From assembly GCA_963828735.1 (NCBI GenBank), contig CAWHFW010000002.1:352001-416000 (forward strand): a DNA stretch of 64,000 nt, given 5' to 3'. The first letter of the stretch is position 1, and the number at the start of each line of letters is the position of its first letter. The notes beneath the pieces were generated by a model, which worked only from the letters and a program-made list of their open reading frames with translations, made no database searches and had not been told where the DNA came from. A program made the position numbers and the translations under genes. Source of the DNA: an uncultured Gemmatimonadales bacterium (GTDB lineage: Bacteria > Gemmatimonadota > Gemmatimonadetes > Gemmatimonadales > GWC2-71-9). Shown here piece after piece: positions 28,391 to 38,717 of the stretch.

Positions 28391-29431
28391 ATGCTGATCG
28401 TGATGCGCCACGGTGCGGCCGCGGAGGAGATTCAGCGCGTCGTCGAGACCATCGAAGAGATGGGCTACCAGGCGCGGCCGATGCCGGGCAAGCAGCGCAC
28501 CACGGTCGGCCTGGTCGGCAATGACGGGCGGGTCGACGGCTCACGCTTGGCCGCGCTTCCTGGCGTTCAGGAGATCCTCCACGTCACCAAGCCGTACAAG
28601 CAGGTGAGCCGGGAGTGGCAGCCGGAGTCCACCATCATACGATTGCCCGGCGGCCTCGCGATCGGCGGCGAGGAAGTGGTCGTCATGGCGGGCCCCTGCT
28701 CCGTCGAGAGCGAACGTCAGATTCTCGCCGCCGCGCGCGCAGTCCGCGAGGCAGGGGCGACGGTCCTTCGCGCGGGTGCGTTCAAGCCTCGCAGCTCACC
28801 GTACGCCTTCCAGGGTCTGGGCCGCGCCGGACTCGACCTGCTCGCCCGGGCTCGCGAGGAAACCGGCCTCCTCATTGTCACCGAAGCCATGGACGCCGAA
28901 GGCCTCGACCACGTCGTCGAAATCGCGGACATCGTCCAGCTCGGCGCCCGCAACATGCAGAACTACTCACTCCTCAAACACGCCGGCCGCTGCGGCAAGC
29001 CCGTGCTCCTCAAGCGCGGCCTCTCGGCCACCATCCAGGAGCTGCTCCTCTCGGCCGAATATCTGCTGGCGGAAGGCAATCGGCAGGTCATCCTCTGCGA
29101 GCGCGGGATTCGGAGCTTCGATCAGGCCACGCGCAACCTGTTCGACCTCAGCGCCGTGGCCGTGGTGCACGGGCTGTCGCACCTTCCGATCGTCGCCGAC
29201 CCCAGCCACGGCACGGGGCACCGCGACATGGTGATCCCGATGGCGCGGGCCGCCGTGGCGGCCGGCGCCGACGGGCTCCTGATCGAGGTGCACCCCAGCC
29301 CGGATCGCGCCCTGTCCGATGGGGCGCAGAGCCTCTATCCCGAGCAGTTCGAGCGGATGATGAAGGAAGTGCGGCTCATCGCGGAGGCCATCGGTCGCCG
29401 GGTCGCGGAGCCGGCGGGAGCCCGCGCGTGA
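28391..29431 (+). CDS. aroF: DAHP synthase type I-beta with N-terminal regulatory domain
   Basis: [32 protein letters not shown]. Confidence 0.95.
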   Translation: MLIVMRHGAAAEEIQRVVETIEEMGYQARPMPGKQRTTVGLVGNDGRVDGSRLAALPGVQEILHVTKPYKQVSREWQPESTIIRLPGGLAIGGEEVVVMAGPCSVESERQILAAARAVREAGATVLRAGAFKPRSSPYAFQGLGRAGLDLLARAREETGLLIVTEAMDAEGLDHVVEIADIVQLGARNMQNYSLLKHAGRCGKPVLLKRGLSATIQELLLSAEYLLAEGNRQVILCERGIRSFDQATRNLFDLSAVAVVHGLSHLPIVADPSHGTGHRDMVIPMARAAVAAGADGLLIEVHPSPDRALSDGAQSLYPEQFERMMKEVRLIAEAIGRRVAEPAGARA

Positions 29432-30078
29432 TCCGGTCATGGATAGTGCTGGCGGCGCTCGTGCTGACGACGGAGCCCGTGCAGGGGCCAGACGCGAACG
29501 CGATCGTGGGCCGATCCTCCCGCGTCTACCGCTCGCTCTCGAGCCTGTCGGCGGACTTCGTGCAGGTGATCGACAATCCGATGATCGACAGCGCGGAGAG
29601 TCGCGGGACGCTGGTGCAGGCGGGGGAGGACAAGCTGGCCATGCGCTTCACCGATCCGCCCGGCGAGGCCCTCGTCATCGACGGCCGGTCCATCTGGGTC
29701 TATACGCCGAGCACGACGCCGGGTCAGGTCATTCGAATGTCCGTGCCGAGCGGCGGACCGGTGTATGGATACAACATCCTCGCCTGGCTACTGGACCGTC
29801 CGGCCGAGCGCTACACGGCCTCCTATGTACGTCCGGACAAGCTGAACGGGCGGGATGTCGACGTGGTGCGCCTCGAGCCGGCCGTTCCCGACCTCCCGTT
29901 CGAGCGCGCCATCGTCTCCCTCGACAAGGAAGACGGGTTGCCGCGCCGACTCGAGATCACCGAGCACTCGGGCGCGCTCCGGACCCTGACGCTCTCGAAG
30001 GTGCGCGTGAATCGGTCGGTGCCGAAGGACACCTTCACCTTCCAGGTGCCCTCCGGCGTTCGCGTCGTGGATCAGTGA
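29428..30078 (+). CDS. lolA: Outer-membrane lipoprotein carrier LolA-like
   Basis: Signal peptide; SADFVQ, SRG, IDG.SIWVYTP, FTFQVP.GV.VVD. Confidence 0.85.
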   Translation: MIRSWIVLAALVLTTEPVQGPDANAIVGRSSRVYRSLSSLSADFVQVIDNPMIDSAESRGTLVQAGEDKLAMRFTDPPGEALVIDGRSIWVYTPSTTPGQVIRMSVPSGGPVYGYNILAWLLDRPAERYTASYVRPDKLNGRDVDVVRLEPAVPDLPFERAIVSLDKEDGLPRRLEITEHSGALRTLTLSKVRVNRSVPKDTFTFQVPSGVRVVDQ

Positions 30079-31649
30079 GAGCGGGCGACGGGCGCGGTCG
30101 CCAGGCCGAGGAGGGCGCTCGGCGTCTGAGCCCGACGCAATAGCGCGACCGCCTCCCCGATCTGCCGGTCGTCACTCACGCGACGCCGTCGCTCCGCCGT
30201 CGGACCGAAGACATAGCGGGCCACCTCGTATCCGAGCTGTTGCTCCACCAGCTGTTCCCCGCCGGCGTAGGTGCTGTCGGGAAGCCGGACTCCCCGCCCC
30301 GCCAGCCGCTCGCGCACCTCGAGCCCCATCGCCCGATCAACCACGAAGTCCTCGGAGCGGATGGTCCCGCGCCGGCGAACCTCGAGCGCGGTCGCGTTGA
30401 CGGCGTCGCGGAAGGCCGCGAGTTGACCGTCGAGCGCGCGGCTGAACCCCTGCTCCGCAGTGCTGAAGGTGTCGGGCTCCAGCCGCACGTCGGGTACGAT
30501 TCCGCCGCCACCCGCGAGCGGTCGTCCCCCGTCCGAGCGGTACGCCGCCTGAGTCACGGCGGGGTGAACCGAGCCCATCGCCGAGTCGAGCACCGCGCCC
30601 TGGATCGACCGGCCGTTCGGCGTGTACCAGCGGGCAGTGGTGATGCGGAGGGCCACGTCAGTCCCCAGAGGGAACAGGGTCTGCACGATGCCCTTGCCGT
30701 AGGTGGTGTCGCCGACGACAAGGGCGCGGTCGTGATCCTGAAGGGCGCCCGCGATGATCTCCGCCGCACTCGCCGTCCCACGGTTGACCAGCACGACGAC
30801 CGGCAGCGCAGGCCAGCGCTGCGGCGCTCCATCGGTCCAGCGGTGGTTGTCCCCGGGGGCGCGGCCCCGGCTCACGAGGATATCCTGCCGCGGATCGAGG
30901 AAGATGTCGGCCACCTGCACGGCCTCATCCCGGAGGCCACCCGGATCCGAGCGGAGGTCCAGCACCAGGGACACCATTCCCTGCGAGACCAGGCGCGCGA
31001 TCTCCTGATTCAGCTCCGCGGCGCAGTTCTCCCGCACCATCAAGAGAGACAGATAGCCAACGCCGCCGGCGAGCAGCAATCCCTCGGAGACCGCGCGTTG
31101 GTGTATCCGCTCGCGCGTGAGCCGCTGGCGCAGCGGCGCCTCGACGCCTTCGCGTCGTACGGCCAGGTCGATCGTCGTGCCGATCGGGCCACGCAGGGCC
31201 TGAACGGCGCGCTCCATGGTCCATCCCGCCGCGGAGATCCCGTCCACCTCGACCAGCAGATCTCCCGGCCGGATCCCGGCACGCTCGCCAGGCGTCCCGG
31301 GCATCGGCGCCACGACGGTGATCCAGCCGTTTCGGGCGTCGACCTGGATCCCGATCCCGCCGTAGTCACCAGTGGTGCGCTCCTGCTGCCGCTGGTAGTC
31401 CGTGCCGACCAACAGTGCCGCGTAGGGGTCATGGAGCTGCTCCAGCATGCCGTCGATCGCGCGATGATAGAGCTCGCTCTCCGGAAGCGAGTCCACGTGG
31501 TAGTCACGGACGTGTGCGAGCACCTCTTCGAAGAGTCGCGCCTGCTGATAGACATCCGGTCCGACGCCGAGGCGGCGCTGAAGAAACCAGCCCCCGGTGA
31601 AGCAAGCGACGAGGGCGAGCAGCGCGGGCAGGGTCAGGCGATGAGACAT
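30072..31649 (-). CDS. S41 carboxyl-terminal protease (paralog 1)
   Basis: DPY, GIGI (PDZ), DLR.DPGG, TASAAEI, QDHDRA, GKG.VQ, TTARWYTP. Confidence 0.94.
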   Translation of the reverse strand: MSHRLTLPALLALVACFTGGWFLQRRLGVGPDVYQQARLFEEVLAHVRDYHVDSLPESELYHRAIDGMLEQLHDPYAALLVGTDYQRQQERTTGDYGGIGIQVDARNGWITVVAPMPGTPGERAGIRPGDLLVEVDGISAAGWTMERAVQALRGPIGTTIDLAVRREGVEAPLRQRLTRERIHQRAVSEGLLLAGGVGYLSLLMVRENCAAELNQEIARLVSQGMVSLVLDLRSDPGGLRDEAVQVADIFLDPRQDILVSRGRAPGDNHRWTDGAPQRWPALPVVVLVNRGTASAAEIIAGALQDHDRALVVGDTTYGKGIVQTLFPLGTDVALRITTARWYTPNGRSIQGAVLDSAMGSVHPAVTQAAYRSDGGRPLAGGGGIVPDVRLEPDTFSTAEQGFSRALDGQLAAFRDAVNATALEVRRRGTIRSEDFVVDRAMGLEVRERLAGRGVRLPDSTYAGGEQLVEQQLGYEVARYVFGPTAERRRRVSDDRQIGEAVALLRRAQTPSALLGLATAPVARSH

Positions 31650-31810
31650 TGCGGGCCTCGCGAGTGTTCGTCGTCCCTGGCGCCGGGCGGGCGGCGACCC
31701 TGCGTGTTCGCGCCGCTCGTGCCTTGTACGCCAGGATGACCTGTGTTCGGTGCGGGAACTGCGGAATCGTCTCCTCTGCTCACTAGGCCAGGGAGCCGGA
31801 AAAAGTTTCG

Positions 31811-32623
31811 TCAGTCGGTCTCAGTCAGCGCGCGCTCGACCGCGCCGGCCGATGCCTCCGCGAGGCCCGCGTCGCGAGCGAGCCGCAGCGTCGCGAGGCC
31901 GAGCTCCCGATACAGCCGGCGTTGCTGGGGCGTGAGGATCGCCAGATGGCGGCGCACCGTCGCCTCGTCACCTCGGCGGATGGGCCCGGTGAGAGCCGCC
32001 GCCGCCCCCAGCTCGAGGTTGGCCAACGCGCCCCGCATGAGGGGAACATAGAGTGACGCCGCATCCTCGTTCCGCACCCCAGCCCGGTGCGCCAACTGCT
32101 CGGCTATGTCGGCCAGCGCCACGAGGTAGTTCGAGGCGAACACAGCTCCCGCATGATACGCCGGCTTGCCGCCGGGCGCGAGACGGACCGGCCGCATGCC
32201 GAGGGCCGTGGCGAGACGCTCGCCGGCGTCAAGCGCGCGGTCATCGCCCTCGAGGCCCGCGAACGCCCCCCGCAGGAGGCCAGATGCGCTGGCCGGGTCG
32301 GCGATCGATTGAAGCGGGTGAAAGGACCCGAGTCCCGCGCCGGTGAATGCAAGCGTCTGCAGTGCGAGTCGATCCAGCAGGCCCGAGAGGTGAAGCACGA
32401 CCTGGGCTTCGGTGATGGCCTCCTCCCGAGCCAGCTCTGCCGCGGCGCTTCCGATGGCATCGTCAGGCGTCGCGATGAGGACGAGCGAGGCTGTCAGGGT
32501 ATCCTGTGGTGCCCGAGCTCTACCCAGGAGTCGGACCGGAATCCCGGCATCGGTCAATGCCGCCGCGAGCCCGCGGCCCATCCGGCCGGTACCCACGATG
32601 GCGACTGAGCCGGGGGCGGTCAT
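31811..32623 (-). CDS. Rossmann-like + DUF2520 oxidoreductase (PanG-like)
   Basis: GTGRMG, TPDD, HLSG, FHPLQS, YHAGAVFASN, LTGPI.RGD. Confidence 0.9.
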   Translation of the reverse strand: MTAPGSVAIVGTGRMGRGLAAALTDAGIPVRLLGRARAPQDTLTASLVLIATPDDAIGSAAAELAREEAITEAQVVLHLSGLLDRLALQTLAFTGAGLGSFHPLQSIADPASASGLLRGAFAGLEGDDRALDAGERLATALGMRPVRLAPGGKPAYHAGAVFASNYLVALADIAEQLAHRAGVRNEDAASLYVPLMRGALANLELGAAAALTGPIRRGDEATVRRHLAILTPQQRRLYRELGLATLRLARDAGLAEASAGAVERALTETD

Positions 32624-32657
32624 ACGCGGGACCCTCGGGGGGCCGTACCGCGAACGC

Positions 32658-32695
32658 GACGAAGGGGGCATGCCTGAGCGCATGCCCCCTTCGTC
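32658..32695 (-). terminator. Perfect 16-bp hairpin after the S41 gene
   Basis: GACGAAGGGGGCATGC-CTGAGC-GCATGCCCCCTTCGTC. Confidence 0.7.
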
Positions 32696-32732
32696 CGTGT
32701 CGGCGTGATCCCGAGCGAGCCCACCGCCCGAA

Positions 32733-34379
32733 TCAGTTCTGCGCCGGCACCGCCGCCCGGTTCGAGGTCGCGAGAATCATCAGCTCCCGAGGCGAGCCGG
32801 CCTTCCGCAGCAGGCCCATCGCCGTCTGAAGCTGCTTGTCATCCTGTGCGCGCCGACGGAACTCGGCAGGGCGGCCGAAGACGTACCGCGCGATCTCGTA
32901 GCCGAGCTGCTCGGTGATCAGCTCGTTGGCGCCGCCGTAGACTTGGGGCGTGATCTCGATGCCCTTCGCGCGGAGCCGCTCGTAGATCTGTTGGCGCATG
33001 TCGGGGGTCACGGTGAACGCCTCGGACTTGACGGTGCCGCTCTTCTTGGCCTCGAGCGCGTAGGTCGTGAGCACGTCCCGATACTCCGGCAGATGGCTGC
33101 CGAGCGCCTTGGCGAACTCCTTTTCGCCGCCTGACAGGGTGTCAGGCCGGATGACGAGATCCGGCACGATGCCGCCGCCCCCGCGCACCACCCGGCCCGC
33201 GTCGGTGTGGAAGATCGGGCGACTGCGGATGGCGGAATCGCTGTGCTCCTTGTCGGGAAGGCCGGGTACCGTGTCGCCCGCCTCGATGGCGGCCTGGACT
33301 GCCTGGTCTTCCTCGTTCTTGGCGGTGCGCTGAATCGTGCGGCCGCTGGGCGTGTACCACCGAGCGGTCGTCAGCTTGAGCGCGACGCCGTCGCCGAGGG
33401 GGAACAGGGTCTGCACGAGCCCCTTGCCGAACGTCGGGGTCCCGACGACCACCGCCCGGTCATGATCCTGCAAGGCGCCCGCAATGATCTCCGCGGCGCT
33501 CGCGGTGCCGTCGTTGACGAGCACGACGATCGGCAGCTCGGGCCAGGACTGCTTGACCTCGTCGTAGAACTCCTTGGTGGACCCTCGCGCGCGGCCGCGC
33601 GTGGCCACGATCTCCTGCTTCTGGTCGAGGAACAGGTCCGCCACCTTCACGCCCTGGTCCAGCAGGCCGCCCGGGTTGAGCCGGAGGTCGAGAATGAGCG
33701 ACTTCATGCCCTTCGACTTCATCCCCGAGATCTCCGAGCGCAGCTCTTCTGCGGAGGTCTCCGCCACGGGGTTGAGCGAGATGTACCCGACGCCGGCATC
33801 GAACATGGTTCCGGCCGGCACCGACCGGATGTGAATCTGTGCGCGGGTCAGGGGGTACTTGATCGGGTCGGCCACGCCGGACCGTCGGACGGTGATCGTC
33901 ACCTTGCTGCCGGCTTCGCCGCGCAGCGACTTCACCGCCTCGTCGTTCTTCCAGCCTTCGGTGGACCGGCCGTCTACCTCGATGATCTGGTCGCCCGTGG
34001 CGACGCCGGCACGCTCGGCCGGTGTGTCGGGCAGCGGAGCGACGACGGTGATCCAGCCGTCGCGAACGTCGATCTGGATGCCGAGGCCGGCATAATTACC
34101 CGACGTCTGCTCGGTCAGCGCCTTGTAGTCGTCGCCCGTGAGCAGGACCGAATAGGGATCCTTCAGCTGCTCGAGCATGCCGCGCGTGGCGCGATCGTAC
34201 AGGTCAGTCTCGCCGATGGAATCCACGTAGTACGCGCTGACGTGGCCGAGCACGTCGTCGAAGAGGCGCGCCTGCTGGTAGACGTTGCCGCCGCTGGCCA
34301 CGCCCCGCTGCAGCAGCCAGCCGCCGCTCAAGAACGAGATCGCCGCCACCAGCACGATCAGCCCCCAACGCTGCTTCAT
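32733..34379 (-). CDS. S41 carboxyl-terminal protease (paralog 2)
   Basis: GLGI PDZ, DLRLNPGG, TASAAEI, FGKG.VQ. Confidence 0.95.
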   Translation of the reverse strand: MKQRWGLIVLVAAISFLSGGWLLQRGVASGGNVYQQARLFDDVLGHVSAYYVDSIGETDLYDRATRGMLEQLKDPYSVLLTGDDYKALTEQTSGNYAGLGIQIDVRDGWITVVAPLPDTPAERAGVATGDQIIEVDGRSTEGWKNDEAVKSLRGEAGSKVTITVRRSGVADPIKYPLTRAQIHIRSVPAGTMFDAGVGYISLNPVAETSAEELRSEISGMKSKGMKSLILDLRLNPGGLLDQGVKVADLFLDQKQEIVATRGRARGSTKEFYDEVKQSWPELPIVVLVNDGTASAAEIIAGALQDHDRAVVVGTPTFGKGLVQTLFPLGDGVALKLTTARWYTPSGRTIQRTAKNEEDQAVQAAIEAGDTVPGLPDKEHSDSAIRSRPIFHTDAGRVVRGGGGIVPDLVIRPDTLSGGEKEFAKALGSHLPEYRDVLTTYALEAKKSGTVKSEAFTVTPDMRQQIYERLRAKGIEITPQVYGGANELITEQLGYEIARYVFGRPAEFRRRAQDDKQLQTAMGLLRKAGSPRELMILATSNRAAVPAQN

Positions 34380-34516
34380 ACCCGCCTCCGGTCCTGCGGA
34401 ATGCCCGCGACCACCGTGCATGCACGGTGCTCAGTCTGTACGAGCCGGCGGCCGATTGCCGTTCTGTGCCGGCGGCCGACTGCTCGGATGGATCGCTCGC
34501 GTGCCACGATGTAAAC

Positions 34517-35158
34517 CTAACCTGCCGTGGCGCCGAACCGTTCCGGGTCCGTGGCCGCCACGGCCTCCCACGCCTCCTGCAAGAGCCGGTCCGGAGGAAG
34601 CGCCGCATCCAAATGTCGCACTCCGTTCCCGCGCGCCGCCAGATAGTAGTCCAGCACCCGGCGATGGAACTCGAGGCTCTCGGCGTCGAGACGGTCGAGC
34701 CGTTTGCCCGCGGCGACCTGCCGGGCCCGTCCGACCTCGGGCGCAAGATCCAGGATGAGCGTCAGGTCCGGCGTGAGTCCGCCTGCCGCCGCCCGGTTGG
34801 CCGGGAGCACCACGTCGGCCGGCAGTCCGCGGCCGATCATCTGGTACGCTTCGGTGGACATCGTGAAGCGGTCCGACAGCACGACGCGTCCCGCGGCCAG
34901 CGCCGGCGCGATGACGGTCGCGACCAGCTCGGCGCGGGCGGCCAGATAGAAAAAAAGCTCGGCGACCGCGCCCACCGGATGGTCGGGATCGAGCACCGCC
35001 TGCCGGGCGATCTCCCCCGCCCGCGTGCCGCCAGGCTCCCGCACGACGACGGGATCCACGCCGGCGGCTCGCATGCGGTCCGCCAGCGGCTTCGCCAGGG
35101 TCGACTTGCCCGAGCCCTCGGGCCCCTCCAGAACGACGAAGAGTCCCCTGGCGCTCAT
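34517..35158 (-). CDS. tmk: Thymidylate kinase
   Basis: EGPEGSGKST, REPGG, DRF..ST.AYQ, PDLT. Confidence 0.96.
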   Translation of the reverse strand: MSARGLFVVLEGPEGSGKSTLAKPLADRMRAAGVDPVVVREPGGTRAGEIARQAVLDPDHPVGAVAELFFYLAARAELVATVIAPALAAGRVVLSDRFTMSTEAYQMIGRGLPADVVLPANRAAAGGLTPDLTLILDLAPEVGRARQVAAGKRLDRLDAESLEFHRRVLDYYLAARGNGVRHLDAALPPDRLLQEAWEAVAATDPERFGATAG

Positions 35159-35508
35159 CCCAGCGTGATGATGCTACTGCTGGCGCCCTTCTCCATCCCC
35201 TCGCTGATCTGCTGATTCACCTTGGCCATCAACTTCTCGAAGTTCGAGCGAGCCACGACGTACGCCTGGCCGACGGGACTCATTTCCAGATCGCGGACGG
35301 CCGTCTCGTAGGACTCGGCGGTGGTCTGATCCGGCATCTGACCGCCGGAGACTATTTGGTCCACCTGGCGTGCCAGCGTCTGGATCTGGTCCAGCTTGGC
35401 GACCGTGTCCTTGTCCTCGCGGAGCGCGGCTTCCGCGCGCCGGAGGGCCTGGTACTCCGCGGATTGCCCGATGAGCCTCCCGAGATCCTGCGCCTTGTCC
35501 CAGATCAC
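35155..35508 (-). CDS. YlbF/YmcA-family (Ric-like) helical protein
   Basis: GTG 35508 overlaps the prmC stop; I.DKA..LGRLI.QS.EY..L; C-terminal LM.KVN..I. Confidence 0.75.
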   Translation of the reverse strand: MIWDKAQDLGRLIGQSAEYQALRRAEAALREDKDTVAKLDQIQTLARQVDQIVSGGQMPDQTTAESYETAVRDLEMSPVGQAYVVARSNFEKLMAKVNQQISEGMEKGASSSIITLG

Positions 35509-36362
35509 GCGGCATCGCTCCTGCGCGCGAGCAGGTATCGCTCGCGGCCAAAAAGGTCCGGATGAACGGCGACGTCGGTCCAGCCCGACGCGCCGGCGCG
35601 CGCGGCACATCGGGCCGCACGCGCCACATCGATCTCCAGCGCCAGCCATCCGCCTGGGCGAAGCACGCGCCGGCCATCGTTCAGCAGGCGGTCGATCGCC
35701 TCGAGCCCGTCCGCACCACCCACCAGCGCCTGCTCCGGTTCCCACTCGCGAACCGACGAATCCAGCGTGGCATATTCGCCAGCCGTAAGATAGGGGGGAT
35801 TCGACACCAGCGCGTCGAGGCTGGCCGAGCGGAGCGACGCGGTGAGATCGCCGCGGACGAGCGCCACGCTCGCGCCGACCCGCCGCCGATTCTCCTCCGC
35901 CAGCGCCAGCGCGTCGGCCGAGCGGTCGATGCCCACGATACGATCGAAGCCGCCTTCGGTTGCCAGGCTCAGGGCGATGCAGCCGGTCCCAGTACCTACG
36001 TCGGCCACGTGGCCCACGCGGACGCGAGCCAGGAGGAGCTCGACGAGGCCCTCGGTCTCCGGACGCGGAATCAGCGCGCGGCGATCAGTCCGAAGGGTGA
36101 GGTGTCGAAACCCGGTCCAGCCGGTGACATGGGCCAGGGGCTCCCCCGCCGCGCGACGTCGAACCGCGGCAAGGAATGCCGCGGCCCGCTCGGACGACAC
36201 CGGCTCGTCGGCATCCAAAGACGCCCGAGCCGTCCAGCCACCTTCGAGGCCGCTCCAGATCCGCAATGCTTCGCGTCGGGCATCGCCAATGCCCGTCGCC
36301 CCGAGCGTCGCCACGGCGTCGGCGACCAGGCCGCGCCGCGTGAGGCCGAGGTCAGAGGCCAT
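35505..36362 (-). CDS. prmC: Release-factor glutamine methyltransferase
   Basis: RR..GEP, LIPRPETE, DVGTGTG, NPPY. Confidence 0.95.
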   Translation of the reverse strand: MASDLGLTRRGLVADAVATLGATGIGDARREALRIWSGLEGGWTARASLDADEPVSSERAAAFLAAVRRRAAGEPLAHVTGWTGFRHLTLRTDRRALIPRPETEGLVELLLARVRVGHVADVGTGTGCIALSLATEGGFDRIVGIDRSADALALAEENRRRVGASVALVRGDLTASLRSASLDALVSNPPYLTAGEYATLDSSVREWEPEQALVGGADGLEAIDRLLNDGRRVLRPGGWLALEIDVARAARCAARAGASGWTDVAVHPDLFGRERYLLARRSDAA

Positions 36363-37410
36363 CCTGCTCCTGCCGGCTCGCCATGCGAAGCGCTTCGACC
36401 AGATCGTCGAGGTCCCCATCAATCACGTCCGCGAGGTTGTGCACCGACAGATTGATCCGGTGATCGGTCACGCGGCTCTGCGGGAAGTTGTACGTCCGGA
36501 TCTTGGCGGAGCGATCGCCGGTGCCCACCATCGCGCGGCGATCGCGGGCGCGGGTCGCCTCCTGTTCGGCGATCATGCGATCGAGCAGACGAGCGCGGAG
36601 CACTTCCATCGCCTTGAGCTTGTTCTGCAGCTGCGATTTCTGATCCTGCTGGCTCACGACCACGCCGCTCGGCAGGTGAGTGATGCGGACCGCGCTATCG
36701 GTCGTGTTCACGCTCTGGCCTCCGGGACCCGATGAGCGGAAGACGTCGATCTTGAGGTCCTTGTCCTCGATCTTGATATCGACCTCCTCCGCCTCTGGCA
36801 GCACGGCCACGGTTGCCGCTGAGGTATGGATCCGCCCCTGCGTCTCGGTGGCGGGGACCCTCTGCACGCGATGTACCCCGGACTCGCGCCGCAGCAGGCC
36901 GTAGGCCTCGGGTCCGCGCACGGCGACGATCGCCTCCTTGATCCCGCCGAGGGTGCCGTCGCTCAGCGACATCGGCTCCCAACGGAGGCCGTGACGCTCG
37001 GAGTAGCGCTGGTACATTCGGTAGAGATCGGCGGCAAACAGGGCGGCTTCGTCCCCACCGGTTCCCGCGCGGATCTCCACGATGGCATCGCGATCGTCAT
37101 GCGGGTCGCGAGGGATGAGGAGCTCGTGCAGCTCCGCCTCGATCGGGGCGATCTCCGGCGGGAGGCGCGCCAGATCCGCCCGGGCCAACGCAGCAAGCTC
37201 GGGATCCGCCTCATCGGCGAGCTCCCGAGCCTGTTCGAGGTCACTCTCGAGCCTGGCGAGCCGCTCGGCCAAGCGGACGACCGGCACGAGCCGCGCATGC
37301 TCCCGACCGAGGGACTGGAGCTGTGCCGGATCCTTGGCGACCGCCGGGTTGGCTAGGAGTCGCTCGACCTCCTCCGCCCGCTGCAGCGCCTGGCGGAGTC
37401 GAGCCTCCAT
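36352..37410 (-). CDS. prfA: Peptide chain release factor 1
   Basis: PAT motif, GGQ, IRTYNFPQ. Confidence 0.97.
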   Translation of the reverse strand: MEARLRQALQRAEEVERLLANPAVAKDPAQLQSLGREHARLVPVVRLAERLARLESDLEQARELADEADPELAALARADLARLPPEIAPIEAELHELLIPRDPHDDRDAIVEIRAGTGGDEAALFAADLYRMYQRYSERHGLRWEPMSLSDGTLGGIKEAIVAVRGPEAYGLLRRESGVHRVQRVPATETQGRIHTSAATVAVLPEAEEVDIKIEDKDLKIDVFRSSGPGGQSVNTTDSAVRITHLPSGVVVSQQDQKSQLQNKLKAMEVLRARLLDRMIAEQEATRARDRRAMVGTGDRSAKIRTYNFPQSRVTDHRINLSVHNLADVIDGDLDDLVEALRMASRQEQDGL

Positions 37411-37413
37411 GCC

Positions 37414-37632
37414 CTACGCCTTGGCGGGAGCGGACTCGGTCTGGTACTTCCGGCGGAACCGGTCGACGCGACCGGCGGTGTCCACCAGCCGCTGCTTGCC
37501 GGTGAAGTAAGGGTGGCACTGCGCGCAGACTTCGACGTGGATCGAGGCGGCGGTCGAACGGGTCTCGAACGAGTTGCCGCAGGCGCAGACGGCTGTGAGC
37601 TTCTTGTAGCTCGGGTGCAGATCGGGCTTCAC
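37414..37632 (-). CDS. rpmE: 50S ribosomal protein L31 (Zn-binding form)
   Basis: HP.Y, CACG, C..CHPYFTG, GRVDRF. Confidence 0.97.
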   Translation of the reverse strand: MKPDLHPSYKKLTAVCACGNSFETRSTAASIHVEVCAQCHPYFTGKQRLVDTAGRVDRFRRKYQTESAPAKA

Positions 37633-37885
37633 TGTCCAAATCCTCGGGTTAGTGCGAAGCCGGTAAAGCTAGCTGGGGTGAAGGGTTAATGGAAGGGTGG
37701 AGGCGGCCGGGCGGCCGGGCGAAGGTGCGGTCGCTCGGAGCGCTGCCGGGATCCCTGCCGCGAGTCTGACAGTCGCTCGGTGGCCCCCGCCGCCGCCACG
37801 GGACCCTGCGCTTTCTCCCGCTCGAACGAGGTGGCGGTCGGGTCCCTCGGTTGCTCACACCGTTCAATGTGAGCCCTCCATCCGA

Positions 37886-37915
37886 TTGACATGACCACCC
37901 AGACGCAAGTATTGT
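37886..37915 (+). promoter_or_regulatory. sigma70-type promoter of the crp-like gene
   Basis: TTGACA-N18-TATTGT. Confidence 0.5.
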
Positions 37916-37949
37916 ATCGCCAATTACTTCCGCTTTCACGGAGGCACGA

Positions 37950-38627
37950 GTGCCGCTGGCCCCCATCGAAGTCCTGCGCAAAGTCCCCCTCTTTGCCGGC
38001 CTGGGAGAGAGTGACCTCGTGGCGTTCGCCGAGCTGACGCGCGAACGGAGCTACCCCAAAGGCAGCGTCATCGTCTTCGAGGATGACCCCGGCGACGCCC
38101 TGTATCTCGTGGCGGCAGGCCAGGTCAAAGTCGTCATCATCGCCGAGGACGGCCGCGAAGTCATCCTGTCGGTGCTGGGCGAAGGCAGCTTTTTCGGCGA
38201 GATGGCGGTCATCGACGACGAGCCCCGCTCGGCGCACGTGATCGCGATGGAGGACTCGGGCCTCCTGGTGCTGCGGCGCGAAGATTTCTACGCGCGCCTG
38301 CGCAGCTCGCCGGAGGTGGCGATCTCGCTGCTGCGCGAGATCTCGCGCCGGCTTCGCCGTGCCGACGAGAAGATCGGGAGCCTGGTCCTGCTCGACGTCA
38401 ACGGGCGGGTCGCCCACCTGTTGCTCCGGATGGCCGACGACGAAGGCGGCGACCGCATCAGCCGGAAGCTCACCCACCACACCATCGCGCAGATGATCGG
38501 CTCCAGCCGGGAGACGGTGTCCCGGACCATGCGGAACCTCGTCGAGCGCGGCATCATCCAGGTGACACGCAAGGAGATCACTCTCCGCGACCGGCGTTCG
38601 CTCATGCTGGCCGCGCGACGGGCGTGA
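37950..38627 (+). CDS. Crp/Fnr-family regulator (CRP-like)
   Basis: cNMP motifs FGEMA and PRSA; HTH recognition helix SRETVSR. Confidence 0.95.
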   Translation: MPLAPIEVLRKVPLFAGLGESDLVAFAELTRERSYPKGSVIVFEDDPGDALYLVAAGQVKVVIIAEDGREVILSVLGEGSFFGEMAVIDDEPRSAHVIAMEDSGLLVLRREDFYARLRSSPEVAISLLREISRRLRRADEKIGSLVLLDVNGRVAHLLLRMADDEGGDRISRKLTHHTIAQMIGSSRETVSRTMRNLVERGIIQVTRKEITLRDRRSLMLAARRA

Positions 38628-38638
38628 ACGTAGTCACG
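38623..38638. promoter_or_regulatory. CRP-box-like palindrome overlapping the crp stop codon
   Basis: CGTGA-ACGTAG-TCACG. Confidence 0.55.
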
Positions 38639-38717
38639 GCAGGGTTGTGACTCGAACCGTCGCTCGCGCGGTCGTACCCCAGCGAGCTTGGCACATGGTC
38701 CGTATTCCGATGGGTCG

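Noticed and set aside
37853..37874. GCTCACA-N8-TGTGAGC palindrome as a CRP autoregulatory box
   Set aside because: Half-sites are in inverted order and spacing relative to a CRP box; it could be another operator but this is unsupported.
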